A DNA stretch of 62,933 nucleotides from the NCBI GenBank assembly GCA_016876035.1, contig VGOE01000003.1, positions 1 through 62,933 on the forward strand. The letters are read 5' to 3'. Each line of letters begins with the position of its first letter. Positions within the stretch are counted from its first letter, which is position 1. Source of the DNA: Chloroflexota bacterium. Its GTDB lineage: Bacteria > Chloroflexota > Dehalococcoidia > UBA2247 > RBG-13-53-26. A program made the position numbers and the translations under genes. Of this stretch, positions 10,479 through 19,536 are shown in pieces. A model generated the notes under the pieces. It was not told the origin of the DNA and ran no database searches. It worked only from the letters and a program-made list of their open reading frames with translations.

Positions 10479-11819
10479 TCACACCACGGCCAGTTCATAA
10501 TCAGCCTCAATTCCCTCAGCCTTAAGTATAGCGTCAAGTTCATCCTGGAAGAAGAACTTCGCTTCTCCAAAGGCCGGCTTCAGATCCGTATACCAGGTAG
10601 CATTCTCATCATACTCGGCAAAGAAAGGACGGGCGACCCAGTCAGGGTTTCTGCCCTGAATCATTCTGAAGGTCAGAGCCTTTCTGCCCTGTATCTCAGC
10701 TACACCTAGAATCTGGACTTTCCCCGGAACGCAAGACATACTCGGTCCACGCACGGTCCTGCATATTCCACTAACTGATTGATAAGCCTGTCTGAAAATT
10801 CGCCAGGCTTCCACCAGCGGAACAGAGAAATAATGCTGTGCTCCAGTGTCTCTGGCGATGAACATATAGTATGGTATGCAATCCAGGGCAACTTGTCTTC
10901 GCAACATGTCCGCCCAGACCTCAGGTGAGTTATTGATATGTCGTAACACAGGAGACTGGGTTCTTATCACAGCACCTGTCTCAAGAATTCTACCAATTGC
11001 ATCTTTGACGGCACTTCCCTCAAGCTCAACGGGATGATTGAAGTGGGCCATAAATGCCAGATGTTTTCCCGCTTGCTTGACTTCCCTAAAAAGGTTTAAC
11101 AACTCCACGGCATCATCGTCTGTCAAGAATCTGTAGGGCCAATAAGCAAGGGCCTTGGTGCCTATCCTTATATTACGAAGATTCGATAGATTTGATTCAA
11201 GCAAGGGTCTAATGTAAGTAGAGAGTATCCTCGCTTTCATCACCAGCGGGTCTCCGCCTGTGAATAACACATCAGTAACCTCAGGATGCTCTGATATGTA
11301 TTGCACGAGTGACTGCGACTCTCTAGATGCGAACTTCAATTCATCCATCCCTACAAATTGTGGCCAGCGAAAACAAAATGTGCAGTACGCGTGACAGGTT
11401 TGTCCCTGACTCGGAAAGAACAAAACGGTCTCCCGATATTTATGCTGGAGGCCACGCAGCTTTTCCCCGCCTAACACGGGTATGTTGTGCTCCCTTTGTC
11501 CGGCAGGATGCGGATTCAATTGATGTCTTATTTCGTTCGCCAATGTATTTATCTCTGATTTGTCCGCGCCTGATTCAAATAAAGACTCCATTCTTCTGTA
11601 ATGATGGGGTAAGAGCATATCCTTTTGTGGAAATGTCATAATGAATATCGGGTCATCCGGTACCTTCGACCAATCAATTAGATGGTCGGTCACATAGTTG
11701 TTTGTTTTGAAAGGCAATACCGAGCCGACTATTTCAATGGCACGGATTTGTTCATCCGAAAGGTGCTTGATCTGAGGCATCGATCTCAAATTGCTCATCG
11801 TGTAGGATTTGTACTTCAT
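10479..11819 (-). CDS. KamA-family radical SAM protein (lysine 2,3-aminomutase-like)
   Basis: HKYRETVLFFP, CHAYCTFCFR (CX3CX2C), VLFTGGDP, IRIGTK, IPYYMF, GPSMS..PGK; visibly more AT-rich than neighbours. Confidence 0.85.
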   Translation of the reverse strand: MKYKSYTMSNLRSMPQIKHLSDEQIRAIEIVGSVLPFKTNNYVTDHLIDWSKVPDDPIFIMTFPQKDMLLPHHYRRMESLFESGADKSEINTLANEIRHQLNPHPAGQREHNIPVLGGEKLRGLQHKYRETVLFFPSQGQTCHAYCTFCFRWPQFVGMDELKFASRESQSLVQYISEHPEVTDVLFTGGDPLVMKARILSTYIRPLLESNLSNLRNIRIGTKALAYWPYRFLTDDDAVELLNLFREVKQAGKHLAFMAHFNHPVELEGSAVKDAIGRILETGAVIRTQSPVLRHINNSPEVWADMLRRQVALDCIPYYMFIARDTGAQHYFSVPLVEAWRIFRQAYQSVSGICRTVRGPSMSCVPGKVQILGVAEIQGRKALTFRMIQGRNPDWVARPFFAEYDENATWYTDLKPAFGEAKFFFQDELDAILKAEGIEADYELAVV

Positions 11820-12079
11820 TTAAGCCTCCTACTCATAGATTTTCTTTTGGGCAGCACACCATCAGTTGAAGGCGACGAGCTATCAACCGGTGATGTTATT
11901 GAACTGCAACTGGCAGCTGAGCCAATCACCAGTAATTGTGTTTGCCACGCTATCGTAAATGACCCCAGACGAGGAAACCCTGGCAAAGCCTTTGTCCGTG
12001 GCAAGCTTCAGGAAAGCTCAGCCGGAGCCGACAGATACCATCAATATCAACAAGGTACGGGACCCAGGGAGTTGAGGGG

Positions 12080-13426
12080 CTAGCCGGGCATCATCTCGGG
12101 TAACTCTTCCAGGGCGGACTCCACTTGCTCCTCCAGAAAAGGCTGGTCTGCCACTGCGCCAGCAAGGAAGTCCCTGAAGGTAACAAGATCAAGATTACTG
12201 TTGGTGCTTAAGACAAACAGGATGTTCTTGCGTTCGCCTTTTTCTCTGCAAGCTATGGCTTCATCCATAACCGCCTTGACTGTGTACGAGGACTCAGGAG
12301 AGCATACAAACCCCTCGGCCTGAGCAAAGGCCACCGCAGCCTCAAGAGCCTGACCTTGCGTGTAGGCTTTGGCTTCGATCTGTTTTTCTCTGTACAAGGC
12401 GCTGATCAGCGGCGATATGCCGTGGTAACGCATGCCGCCAGCGCGGATGCCCGGGGGCATGAAGCTGTGGCCGAGGGTGTACATCTTTAGCAAGACGGAT
12501 AGACCCTCGGCGTCTGCGTAGTCATAGGCGTAACGCCCTTTGGAAAGGCTTGGAGCGGCCGATGCTTCCACTGCGATCATCCGTCTCCCCTCCCTCCGCT
12601 CGCGGTAGAAAGGCAAAATAAGACCTCCGAAAGCGCTACCCCCACCCACAGCGCCGCAAATAATGTCAGCATCAGCACCTGCCCGGCGTAGCTGGAGTCG
12701 GGCTTCAAGTCCGATAACAGTTTGATGCAGCAAAACATGATTCATTACTGTGCCCCAGGCAAATTTCACATCATCGCGGACGCTAGCCTCTTCAAAGGCC
12801 TCGCTCAAAGCAATACCCAAGCTGCCAGGGCTTTGGGGGTATTGCGAGCGTATTTTCTTTCCTGTGCGCGTGTCCTCGCTGGGGCTCGGAATCACCTCGG
12901 CTCCCAGTATCTCCATGATGGCTCGCCCGTAGAGCTTCTCCTCAAAGCTGGCCCTAACCATGTACACTTTGCAGCGGATGTTGAAGTAATTGCAGGCGAT
13001 GGCCAGCGAGGCACCCCATTCTCCATTCGCCGTGGCTGTAACAATGCCTTTTGCACCCTCGCGGCTCGCGTAGTATGCTTGGGCCACGGCAGTATTGAAC
13101 TCGTAGCTGCCTGACGGACTACCACCCTCGTACTTGTAGAAGATTCGAGCAGGCGTTCCCAGTCTCTTTTCGAACCTCTCAGCTCGGAAGAGAGGCGTCG
13201 GCCTCCATTCGGAATACACTTGGCGAACCTCATGGGGGATAAGCATGAATCGTTCCCCCGTGTCCAATTCCTGCTGAATGATGGCCAATGGGGCTAGTGA
13301 TCTAAGGTCATGCGGGCTCAGGGGGTAGCCGCTGGGACTCATTGGTGGGGGCAGCTTGAACCCCAAGTCGGGGATGACGTTATACCACTTATCTGATAGC
13401 TCCTTGGCGTCGAGCGAGATTCTCAT
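12080..13426 (-). CDS. TrpB2-like (tryptophan synthase beta-like) protein lacking the Schiff-base lysine
   Basis: Full TrpB2 scaffold (WYN, WRPTPL.RA, YKYEG, HVLLHQTVIG, GGGS, KMYTLGH, RYHG), but GSYEFNTA instead of GSHKPNTA. Confidence 0.85.
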   Translation of the reverse strand: MRISLDAKELSDKWYNVIPDLGFKLPPPMSPSGYPLSPHDLRSLAPLAIIQQELDTGERFMLIPHEVRQVYSEWRPTPLFRAERFEKRLGTPARIFYKYEGGSPSGSYEFNTAVAQAYYASREGAKGIVTATANGEWGASLAIACNYFNIRCKVYMVRASFEEKLYGRAIMEILGAEVIPSPSEDTRTGKKIRSQYPQSPGSLGIALSEAFEEASVRDDVKFAWGTVMNHVLLHQTVIGLEARLQLRRAGADADIICGAVGGGSAFGGLILPFYRERREGRRMIAVEASAAPSLSKGRYAYDYADAEGLSVLLKMYTLGHSFMPPGIRAGGMRYHGISPLISALYREKQIEAKAYTQGQALEAAVAFAQAEGFVCSPESSYTVKAVMDEAIACREKGERKNILFVLSTNSNLDLVTFRDFLAGAVADQPFLEEQVESALEELPEMMPG

Positions 13427-13453
13427 GCCAATGCCTCCTCTTCAAAGGGATGC

Positions 13454-13518
13454 TTGACAAATCGTGTATGTAAGTGTATGATCACTTACATGCTAGCACC
13501 TAATTGTTTGCCTGTCAA
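13454..13518. promoter_or_regulatory. Overlapping divergent sigma70 promoters with a 24-bp palindromic operator
   Basis: Plus strand: TTGACA 13454-59, N17, TATGAT 13477-82. Minus strand: TTGACA 13518-13, N17, TAGCAT 13495-90. Palindrome ATGTAAGTG-TATGAT-CACTTACAT at 13468-13491. Confidence 0.7.
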
Positions 13519-13579
13519 TATCCAGTTCAAGGGGACGCAAAGATCTGGGCCGCTTGAGACTCAGACATTCGTCGGAGGT

Positions 13580-13694
13580 GCTAGTTCCGCGTAACAACCG
13601 AGATTCTTCTCCCGCCTCAGGCGGGCGGATCAGAATGACACCTGCGGACCTGTCACCCTGAACGTAGCGAAGGGTCTCATGTTACGAAGCACTA
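13580..13694 (+). repeat. REP/BIME-like palindromic dispersed repeat, copy 1
   Basis: GAGATTCTTCTCCCGCCTCAGGCGGGCGGATCAGAATGACA...TGTCACCCTGAACGTAGCGAAGGGTCTC; inverted near-identical copy at 30578-30704. Confidence 0.8.
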
Positions 13695-13727
13695 GTAGGG
13701 GATAAGCAGAATTGGTCAGGGGCCTGT

Positions 13728-14345
13728 ATGAGTCAGATTAGAGAGACCAGCGAAATCCGGCAGCAGCAAATTGTGGAGGCTGCACGCAGCATTGTTACTG
13801 CTCGGGGTATAGAGGCCCTGACCATTCGCGAGATAGCCAAGGAAGTAGGCATTTCAGAGGCCGATATCTACCGGCACTTTGCCAGCAAGAAGGTAATCCT
13901 CCTATTTCTCATTGAGGATGTTGAGAAAACGCTGATGGAGATGGTGGAGCGAGCTGCTTCTGAGGAGCGAGAGCCGGTACAGAGCTTGGAAAATGTGCTC
14001 AAGGCTCACCTGTCCTACGTGGAGCAGCGGCGCGGTGTCTCCTTGTTAGTGGTTGCTGAGACCCTTCGTCTGGCCGACAAAGACCTGCGAAAGAGGATGT
14101 TTGAAGTTGTGAACCGCTACATAGGGCGCATCGCGGAGATCCTGGCCCAGGGCGTGAGATCGGGACACGTCAGAAAGGATATAGACCTGGATACTGCCGC
14201 CCTGACTTTTTTCGCCCTGGTTCACGCTACGGTTACTCTATGGGCCCTCAGCGACGCTAGTTTTTCGCTTACAGAGAGGCATGAGTCTCTATGGGAGTCG
14301 TATCTTGCAGGCATTGCCGAAAAGGCTTTTGAATCAGGGCCATAA
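13728..14345 (+). CDS. TetR/AcrR-family transcriptional regulator
   Basis: RQQQIVEAA...GIEALTIREIAKEVGISEADIYRHFASK HTH. Confidence 0.92.
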   Translation: MSQIRETSEIRQQQIVEAARSIVTARGIEALTIREIAKEVGISEADIYRHFASKKVILLFLIEDVEKTLMEMVERAASEEREPVQSLENVLKAHLSYVEQRRGVSLLVVAETLRLADKDLRKRMFEVVNRYIGRIAEILAQGVRSGHVRKDIDLDTAALTFFALVHATVTLWALSDASFSLTERHESLWESYLAGIAEKAFESGP

Positions 14346-14523
14346 GGGTGGTAGAATGCACCTATGGCAAAGCCCTGGTATTAGCGAAGCCTCCGGGTAA
14401 ATCACAGGTATTGTCCAGTCATAACGCAAGACATCGATTTTTTGCGGATAACAACATTATGCTACTCTGGGAATTTGTGTGTTTGGTGACGAAGCCTAAC
14501 TGTCGGCGACAAAGAGGTGCCTG

Positions 14524-15858
14524 ATGCTAACACAAGATGTTGAAATGCGAGACGTACTTATTGCACTAGCTATTGCTCTGCCCACTTTCCTTGCTGCCGG
14601 ACTCTTTTATTACAGCCTGCGGCATTTAGCGCGCCGGCTGGCAGCCAAGACGACGACAGTCCTGGACAACATGCTGGTAGAGGCTCTGCAATGGCCTGTT
14701 CTCGTAGGCATAGTCTTGGCGGGGATCTATTTTTCTGTCCTTTCCCTCCCCTGGAAGGAATCTGCAGACTTCGAAATCAGGAGAGGTTTCTATGTAGCAT
14801 TCTATGTCCTGGCAGCTTACGGAGGCGCAACGCTGTTAGACGCCCTGTTTCGGTGGTTCAAGCTGGAGGTGGCCCCTAAAACCGCCACCGCCCTGGATGA
14901 CTGGATTATTGGTTTCCTCAGATTACTTACGCCAGTCATCGCTGCCTTCTTAGCGCTGCTGGGCTGCTTGGGACTATTTGACATTGAAACAGAGGGGATT
15001 AAGGACTGGCTGGTGAAACATGGAACACGTATTGGCCTTGTCATCTTCATTTCAGTGGCTGTGCTTTTCTTCCTCGGCATCGCTCTGCCTCGTGGCATAA
15101 AAGCCTTTGTGCTCAGGGAGGCTACGGGACAACCTGAAGAGGAGATACAAAAGAGGACGCAGACTCTGACCCGTGTATTGGTAGCTACAGGGCAGGTCTT
15201 CATCATCCTGATAGCCATCTTCATCATCTTGTCTGAGGTGGGCATAAACATCGCTCCTGCCCTGGCGGGGGTTGGGGTAATCGGTATCGCCGTCGGCTTT
15301 GGTGCTCAGAGCCTGATCAAGGATATCATTGCTGGCCTTTTCATAGTACTGGAGAACCAATATCGCGTGGGCGATGTGGTCGGTATAGCTGACAAGCGAG
15401 GCCTGGTAGAGCAGATCAACCTGCGACGCACGGTACTCAGGGACATGGATGGCATCGTTCATTCGGTGCCCAATGGAGAGATAAGGGTAGCCAGCAATTT
15501 CACCAAGGAGTGGTCTCGGGTCAACCTGAACATCAGTGTTGCCTACGGAACAGACCTGGACCGCGCCATTGCGGTCATTAACCGGGTCTGCGGGGAGATG
15601 GCGGCAGACCCGCAGTGGGCGCCTCTGATTCTCAAGACCCCGGAGGTACTGCGAGTTGACAACCTTGGAGCCTCAGGCATTGAGCTCAAGGTCGTGGGTG
15701 ACACCAAGCCGATCCAGCAGTGGGCGGTGATGGGGGAAATCCGCAAAAGGGTGAAGAAAGCCTTCGATGAGGAAGGCATCGAGATACCGTGGCCTCATAC
15801 CAAGGTCTACTTCGGCAATACCCCTCTCCCCCCTACATGGCCGGAGGGAGAAGGATAG
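14524..15858 (+). CDS. Mechanosensitive channel MscS family with extended N-terminal TM region
   Basis: GVIGIAVGFGAQSLIKDIIAGLFI, YRVGDVV, VPNGEI..ASNFT, GIEIPWPH. Confidence 0.92.
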   Translation: MLTQDVEMRDVLIALAIALPTFLAAGLFYYSLRHLARRLAAKTTTVLDNMLVEALQWPVLVGIVLAGIYFSVLSLPWKESADFEIRRGFYVAFYVLAAYGGATLLDALFRWFKLEVAPKTATALDDWIIGFLRLLTPVIAAFLALLGCLGLFDIETEGIKDWLVKHGTRIGLVIFISVAVLFFLGIALPRGIKAFVLREATGQPEEEIQKRTQTLTRVLVATGQVFIILIAIFIILSEVGINIAPALAGVGVIGIAVGFGAQSLIKDIIAGLFIVLENQYRVGDVVGIADKRGLVEQINLRRTVLRDMDGIVHSVPNGEIRVASNFTKEWSRVNLNISVAYGTDLDRAIAVINRVCGEMAADPQWAPLILKTPEVLRVDNLGASGIELKVVGDTKPIQQWAVMGEIRKRVKKAFDEEGIEIPWPHTKVYFGNTPLPPTWPEGEG

Positions 15859-15868
15859 GGGGTGGGCA

Positions 15869-17344
15869 ATGTGGACGAAGGAAAGTCTGCGAGAGTTGGT
15901 AAGGACTAAGCTCGGCGATTACCTTTTCATCGTCGTATCCAACAGGGAGCCCTATATCCATGTTTACGCCGGCTCTGAGATCAAGTGCGAGGTGCCGGCC
16001 AGTGGGCTCACGGTAGCCCTCGATCCGGTGATGCAGGCTTGCGGAGGAACCTGGATAGCTCATGGTAGCGGCGATGCTGACCGCGAGGTGGTTGACGAGC
16101 AAAATAAGGTCGCTGTCCCTCCGGAGGAGCCCCGATATTCCTTAAGGCGGGTGTGGCTCTCCAAGGAGCAAGAGGACGGCTACTACTTTGGCTTCTCCAA
16201 TGAAGCTCTCTGGCCGCTGTGCCACATATCCTATACTCGCCCAATGTTCAACGAATCTGACTGGGAGACTTATAAAGAGGTGAACCAGCTTTTCGCCGAT
16301 AACATCCTTGATGAAGTAGCGGACAGGAGAGCCTTTGTCTTTGTGCAGGACTATCATTTAACACTCTTACCTAGATTCATCAAGGAGAAGAACCCCAACG
16401 TCATAATTGCCCAGTTCTGGCATATTCCCTGGCCTAACCCGGAAGCCTTCCGCATCTGCCCCTGGCAAAAGGAAATCCTCGAGGGGCTGCTGGGAAATGA
16501 CCTGCTGGGGTTCCACATCCGCTACCACTGCAACAATTTCTTGGATACTGTAGATCGGGCGCTGGAAACGCGGGTAGACCGGGAAAGGTACGAGGTCAAT
16601 AGAGGCGGCAAGAAGACTACAGTTTGTCCTTTCCCTATTAGCGTTGACTTTGAGGACATCTCGAGGGAGGCCCAAGGAGAAGACATAACAACAGAGATTA
16701 GAAGGTTAAAGAGCAGGCTGGGTCTGCGAGATGAACTGGTGGGCCTTGGCCTGGATCGCATCGACTACACCAAAGGCATCCCGGACAGGCTGCGGGCCTT
16801 TGATCGTTTCTTGGAGAAGTATCCTGGTTACAAAGAACGAGTGGTCTTCATTCAGGCGGGCGTCCCTAGCCGCAGTCACATAGGCGCTTATAAGAGGCTG
16901 AACGAAGAGATAGATAACCTAATAGAGGAAGTGAACTGGAAGCATGCCTTCGGGCACTGGAGGCCGGTGATCTACCTTCGTGAGCACCTGTCGCCCACCA
17001 CGCTGATGGCACTACGCCGCATTGCCAGTTTCTGCGTCGTCAGTTCGCTGCACGACGGGATGAATCTGGTAGCCAAAGAGTTTGCGGCCAGCCGCTTCGA
17101 TGAGGACGGTGTGCTCATCCTCAGCCCCTTCACGGGGGCTGCCAGGGAACTGACCGATGCCCTGCTGGTGAATCCCTATGCCACTGACCATTTCGCTGAA
17201 GCTATCAATAAGGCACTGGAGATGCCCCAGTCAGAGAGACAGAGACGGATGCGGAAAATGCGGCAGGTGGTGCAAGAGAACAATATCTACAAATGGGCCG
17301 CGGCCATAATATCGGAGCTGGTGAAATTTGAATTTGGAGAATGA
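15869..17344 (+). CDS. otsA: Trehalose-6-phosphate synthase
   Basis: VSNREP, GL..AL, GFSNE.LWPLCH, QDYHL, FWHIPWP, DRIDYTKGI, DGMNLVAKE; ATG 15869 chosen over the track start 15767. Confidence 0.93.
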   Translation: MWTKESLRELVRTKLGDYLFIVVSNREPYIHVYAGSEIKCEVPASGLTVALDPVMQACGGTWIAHGSGDADREVVDEQNKVAVPPEEPRYSLRRVWLSKEQEDGYYFGFSNEALWPLCHISYTRPMFNESDWETYKEVNQLFADNILDEVADRRAFVFVQDYHLTLLPRFIKEKNPNVIIAQFWHIPWPNPEAFRICPWQKEILEGLLGNDLLGFHIRYHCNNFLDTVDRALETRVDRERYEVNRGGKKTTVCPFPISVDFEDISREAQGEDITTEIRRLKSRLGLRDELVGLGLDRIDYTKGIPDRLRAFDRFLEKYPGYKERVVFIQAGVPSRSHIGAYKRLNEEIDNLIEEVNWKHAFGHWRPVIYLREHLSPTTLMALRRIASFCVVSSLHDGMNLVAKEFAASRFDEDGVLILSPFTGAARELTDALLVNPYATDHFAEAINKALEMPQSERQRRMRKMRQVVQENNIYKWAAAIISELVKFEFGE

Positions 17345-17347
17345 CCA

Positions 17348-18148
17348 TTGCAGCATCTCTTCTCTGTTTGGCCTGAGGTTGCCCAGCGCCTCAAAGCCGC
17401 ACGGGGTGTGCTACTTTTCTCTGACTACGATGGCACCCTTACGCCTATCGTGGATAGGCCGGAGCTGGCAGACTTGCCAGCAGAAACGAGGCGACTTCTG
17501 CGAGCTTTGGCTCACCGGCACCGCTTCACAGTTGGCATCATCAGCGGTCGGGCGCTATCGGATCTCAAGCACAGGGTCGGCATCGAGAGCATTGTCTATG
17601 CTGGCAACCACGGGCTGGAAATCGAGGGGCCGGGCATTAGCTTTATCAACCCGCTGGCGGAGGAGATGAAGCCTGTGTTGCGCCTGATACACCAGGCATT
17701 GAGCAAGGCGCTGGCTACGGTGAGAGGTTCTCTAGTTGAGGACAAGGGTCTTAGCTTGAGCGTGCACTACCGCCGGGTGGAGGAAAAGGAAGTGGAGAAA
17801 GCCAAAACCATCTTCGAACGCATCCTGCACGTACCTCGCCTATCGGGGATGATCAAGGTTACTTCGGGGAAAAAGGTTCACGAGGTAAGGCCAGCGGTAG
17901 ACTGGGATAAGGGCAAAGCCATAAAATTGCTTATGAGGAGATATGGCAAAGGGGGGAGGAGAAGCGGGCTGTTGCCTATCTATCTGGGTGATGACTTAAC
18001 CGACGAGGATGGCTTTAGAGCTATTGAACGCTACGGAGATGGCCTCACCGTATTCGTGGGTGGAGAGAATGACAGCACCGTGGCGCGCTATTTCTTAAGG
18101 TCACCACATGACGTGGAGAGATTCTTGAGCATGCTGCTTGATCTGTAA
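17348..18148 (+). CDS. otsB: Trehalose-6-phosphate phosphatase (HAD)
   Basis: FSDYDGTLTPI, IISGR, YAGNHG, GKKVHEVRP, WDKG.A, YLGDDLTDEDGF; TTG start. Confidence 0.92.
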   Translation: MQHLFSVWPEVAQRLKAARGVLLFSDYDGTLTPIVDRPELADLPAETRRLLRALAHRHRFTVGIISGRALSDLKHRVGIESIVYAGNHGLEIEGPGISFINPLAEEMKPVLRLIHQALSKALATVRGSLVEDKGLSLSVHYRRVEEKEVEKAKTIFERILHVPRLSGMIKVTSGKKVHEVRPAVDWDKGKAIKLLMRRYGKGGRRSGLLPIYLGDDLTDEDGFRAIERYGDGLTVFVGGENDSTVARYFLRSPHDVERFLSMLLDL

Positions 18149-18159
18149 AAAGGCAGAAA

Positions 18160-19536
18160 ATGACGGAATTTACCTGGCACGATGCAGTTATCCCTGTGGC
18201 TGTCTTCCTGGCCACCCTTATTGCCACAGTCTGGTTGAGACAGGTTGGCTACAGCGCTCTCAAGCGGTGGATGGAGAAAATCCAGTGGCAGGGCGACGAG
18301 CTCCTGCTCCAGGCCCTCAGAGGGCCTTCGATTCTTTGGTGTCTGCTGATAAGCGCTGGGTTGGCAGTGGCAGTATCGGATTTATCCACGAGGTGGAAGG
18401 ATGACGCAGCAGATGGCTTGTGGACCCTTTTGATCCTCTCCCTTGGCCTCACTGCTCTCAATCTGGCTGGCAAGTTCATCCCGTTTTACGGAGAGAGGTG
18501 GAAGCTTCCCCGGAACGTTATCTCTCTCAGCAACAACGTGGCCCGCGTTGTTATTCTAATTGTGGCAGGATTGATGCTGCTGGATGTCTGGGGAGCACCC
18601 ACAAGCCCTGTGTTGCTGGTCATAGCCATAGCAGCCATAGCCGCGTTGCTAGCCTCCAGGGGAGCACTCCCTAACCTTTTCGCCTGGTTTCAGCTCAGCG
18701 CCACCGGACATATTAAGGTCGGCGACTACATTAAGCTGGAGACCGGTGAGGAAGGCTACGTTATGGAAATGGACTGGAGAAACACCAAAATCAAAGCCCT
18801 GGATGAAAGCACCGTTCTTATCCCAAACAGCAAACTGATGCATTCTACCGTAATAAACTATGGGCGGCCGCTGAAAAAGGCGAAGGAGCCGTTCCGTTTC
18901 TACTCCAGGGTTCACCTCAAGGAGCTGACCGGGCTAACGGCGAAAAACCTCCAGGAGCTAGCAACCATTCTGAAAACGGTACCTGACCCGATCATCTACT
19001 ATCATACCCATCAGTTTCTGGAGGAGCATCACTACCTCACCCCTGAGCCTGCTAACGACTTTGCCCTCTGGGTAAGGGACGCCCTCGGCAATGAGGTTTT
19101 GGGAGAGAGACTCGCGGCTATTGATACCTTTGAATTCGCCGCCCTGGGAGCTCTGCGAGAGAGACTGGTCGCCATCATTGAGGAACACCTGACCCTGGAA
19201 GCCCAGTATGGCGATGGCCACCGAAACGCTCCGGAGGGGAGAGAGTTTCACTTCATTAAGTCAGTGAGCGCAATTCTGTCCACCCCTTATGTTGTCCGCG
19301 ACCTGAGGGAGTTTGTGGAAGCGTTGCGAAAAATCAGCCTTGGCGCTCTTTACTTCCATGTTTTTGAGTCCAGACTGCGGTTAAGCAGAGGCTCAAACGA
19401 TTTCTCCATCTGGATAGAAGAGAGCCTGGGTGACAAGGAGCTTGCGGGGGAGATCGCCCGGCTCGACCCCTATAACTATACGCTGGAGGGACTGAGATCG
19501 TCACTGATACGGATTATCGAAAAACGCATCAAGTAA
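18160..19536 (+). CDS. MscS TM/beta domain fused to DUF5752 tandem-repeat domain
   Basis: N-terminal TM helices plus IKVGDYIKL..G.V....WR.T.I....STVLIPNS, then two repeats of F.F...L.EL...L..V....(I/L)Y(Y/F)H....NDF..W....LG...L. Confidence 0.8.
   Translation: MTEFTWHDAVIPVAVFLATLIATVWLRQVGYSALKRWMEKIQWQGDELLLQALRGPSILWCLLISAGLAVAVSDLSTRWKDDAADGLWTLLILSLGLTALNLAGKFIPFYGERWKLPRNVISLSNNVARVVILIVAGLMLLDVWGAPTSPVLLVIAIAAIAALLASRGALPNLFAWFQLSATGHIKVGDYIKLETGEEGYVMEMDWRNTKIKALDESTVLIPNSKLMHSTVINYGRPLKKAKEPFRFYSRVHLKELTGLTAKNLQELATILKTVPDPIIYYHTHQFLEEHHYLTPEPANDFALWVRDALGNEVLGERLAAIDTFEFAALGALRERLVAIIEEHLTLEAQYGDGHRNAPEGREFHFIKSVSAILSTPYVVRDLREFVEALRKISLGALYFHVFESRLRLSRGSNDFSIWIEESLGDKELAGEIARLDPYNYTLEGLRSSLIRIIEKRIK

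Noticed and set aside
15767-15868. Longer otsA start overlapping mscS
   Set aside because: Homology begins at MWTKE (15869); the extension is not OtsA-like.
19515-19536. Programmed -1 frameshift fusing MscS-DUF5752 to TreT at GAAAAAC
   Set aside because: Not an X_XXY_YYZ slippery heptamer in the correct frame, and no stimulatory structure; the lost GTGA overlap is simpler.
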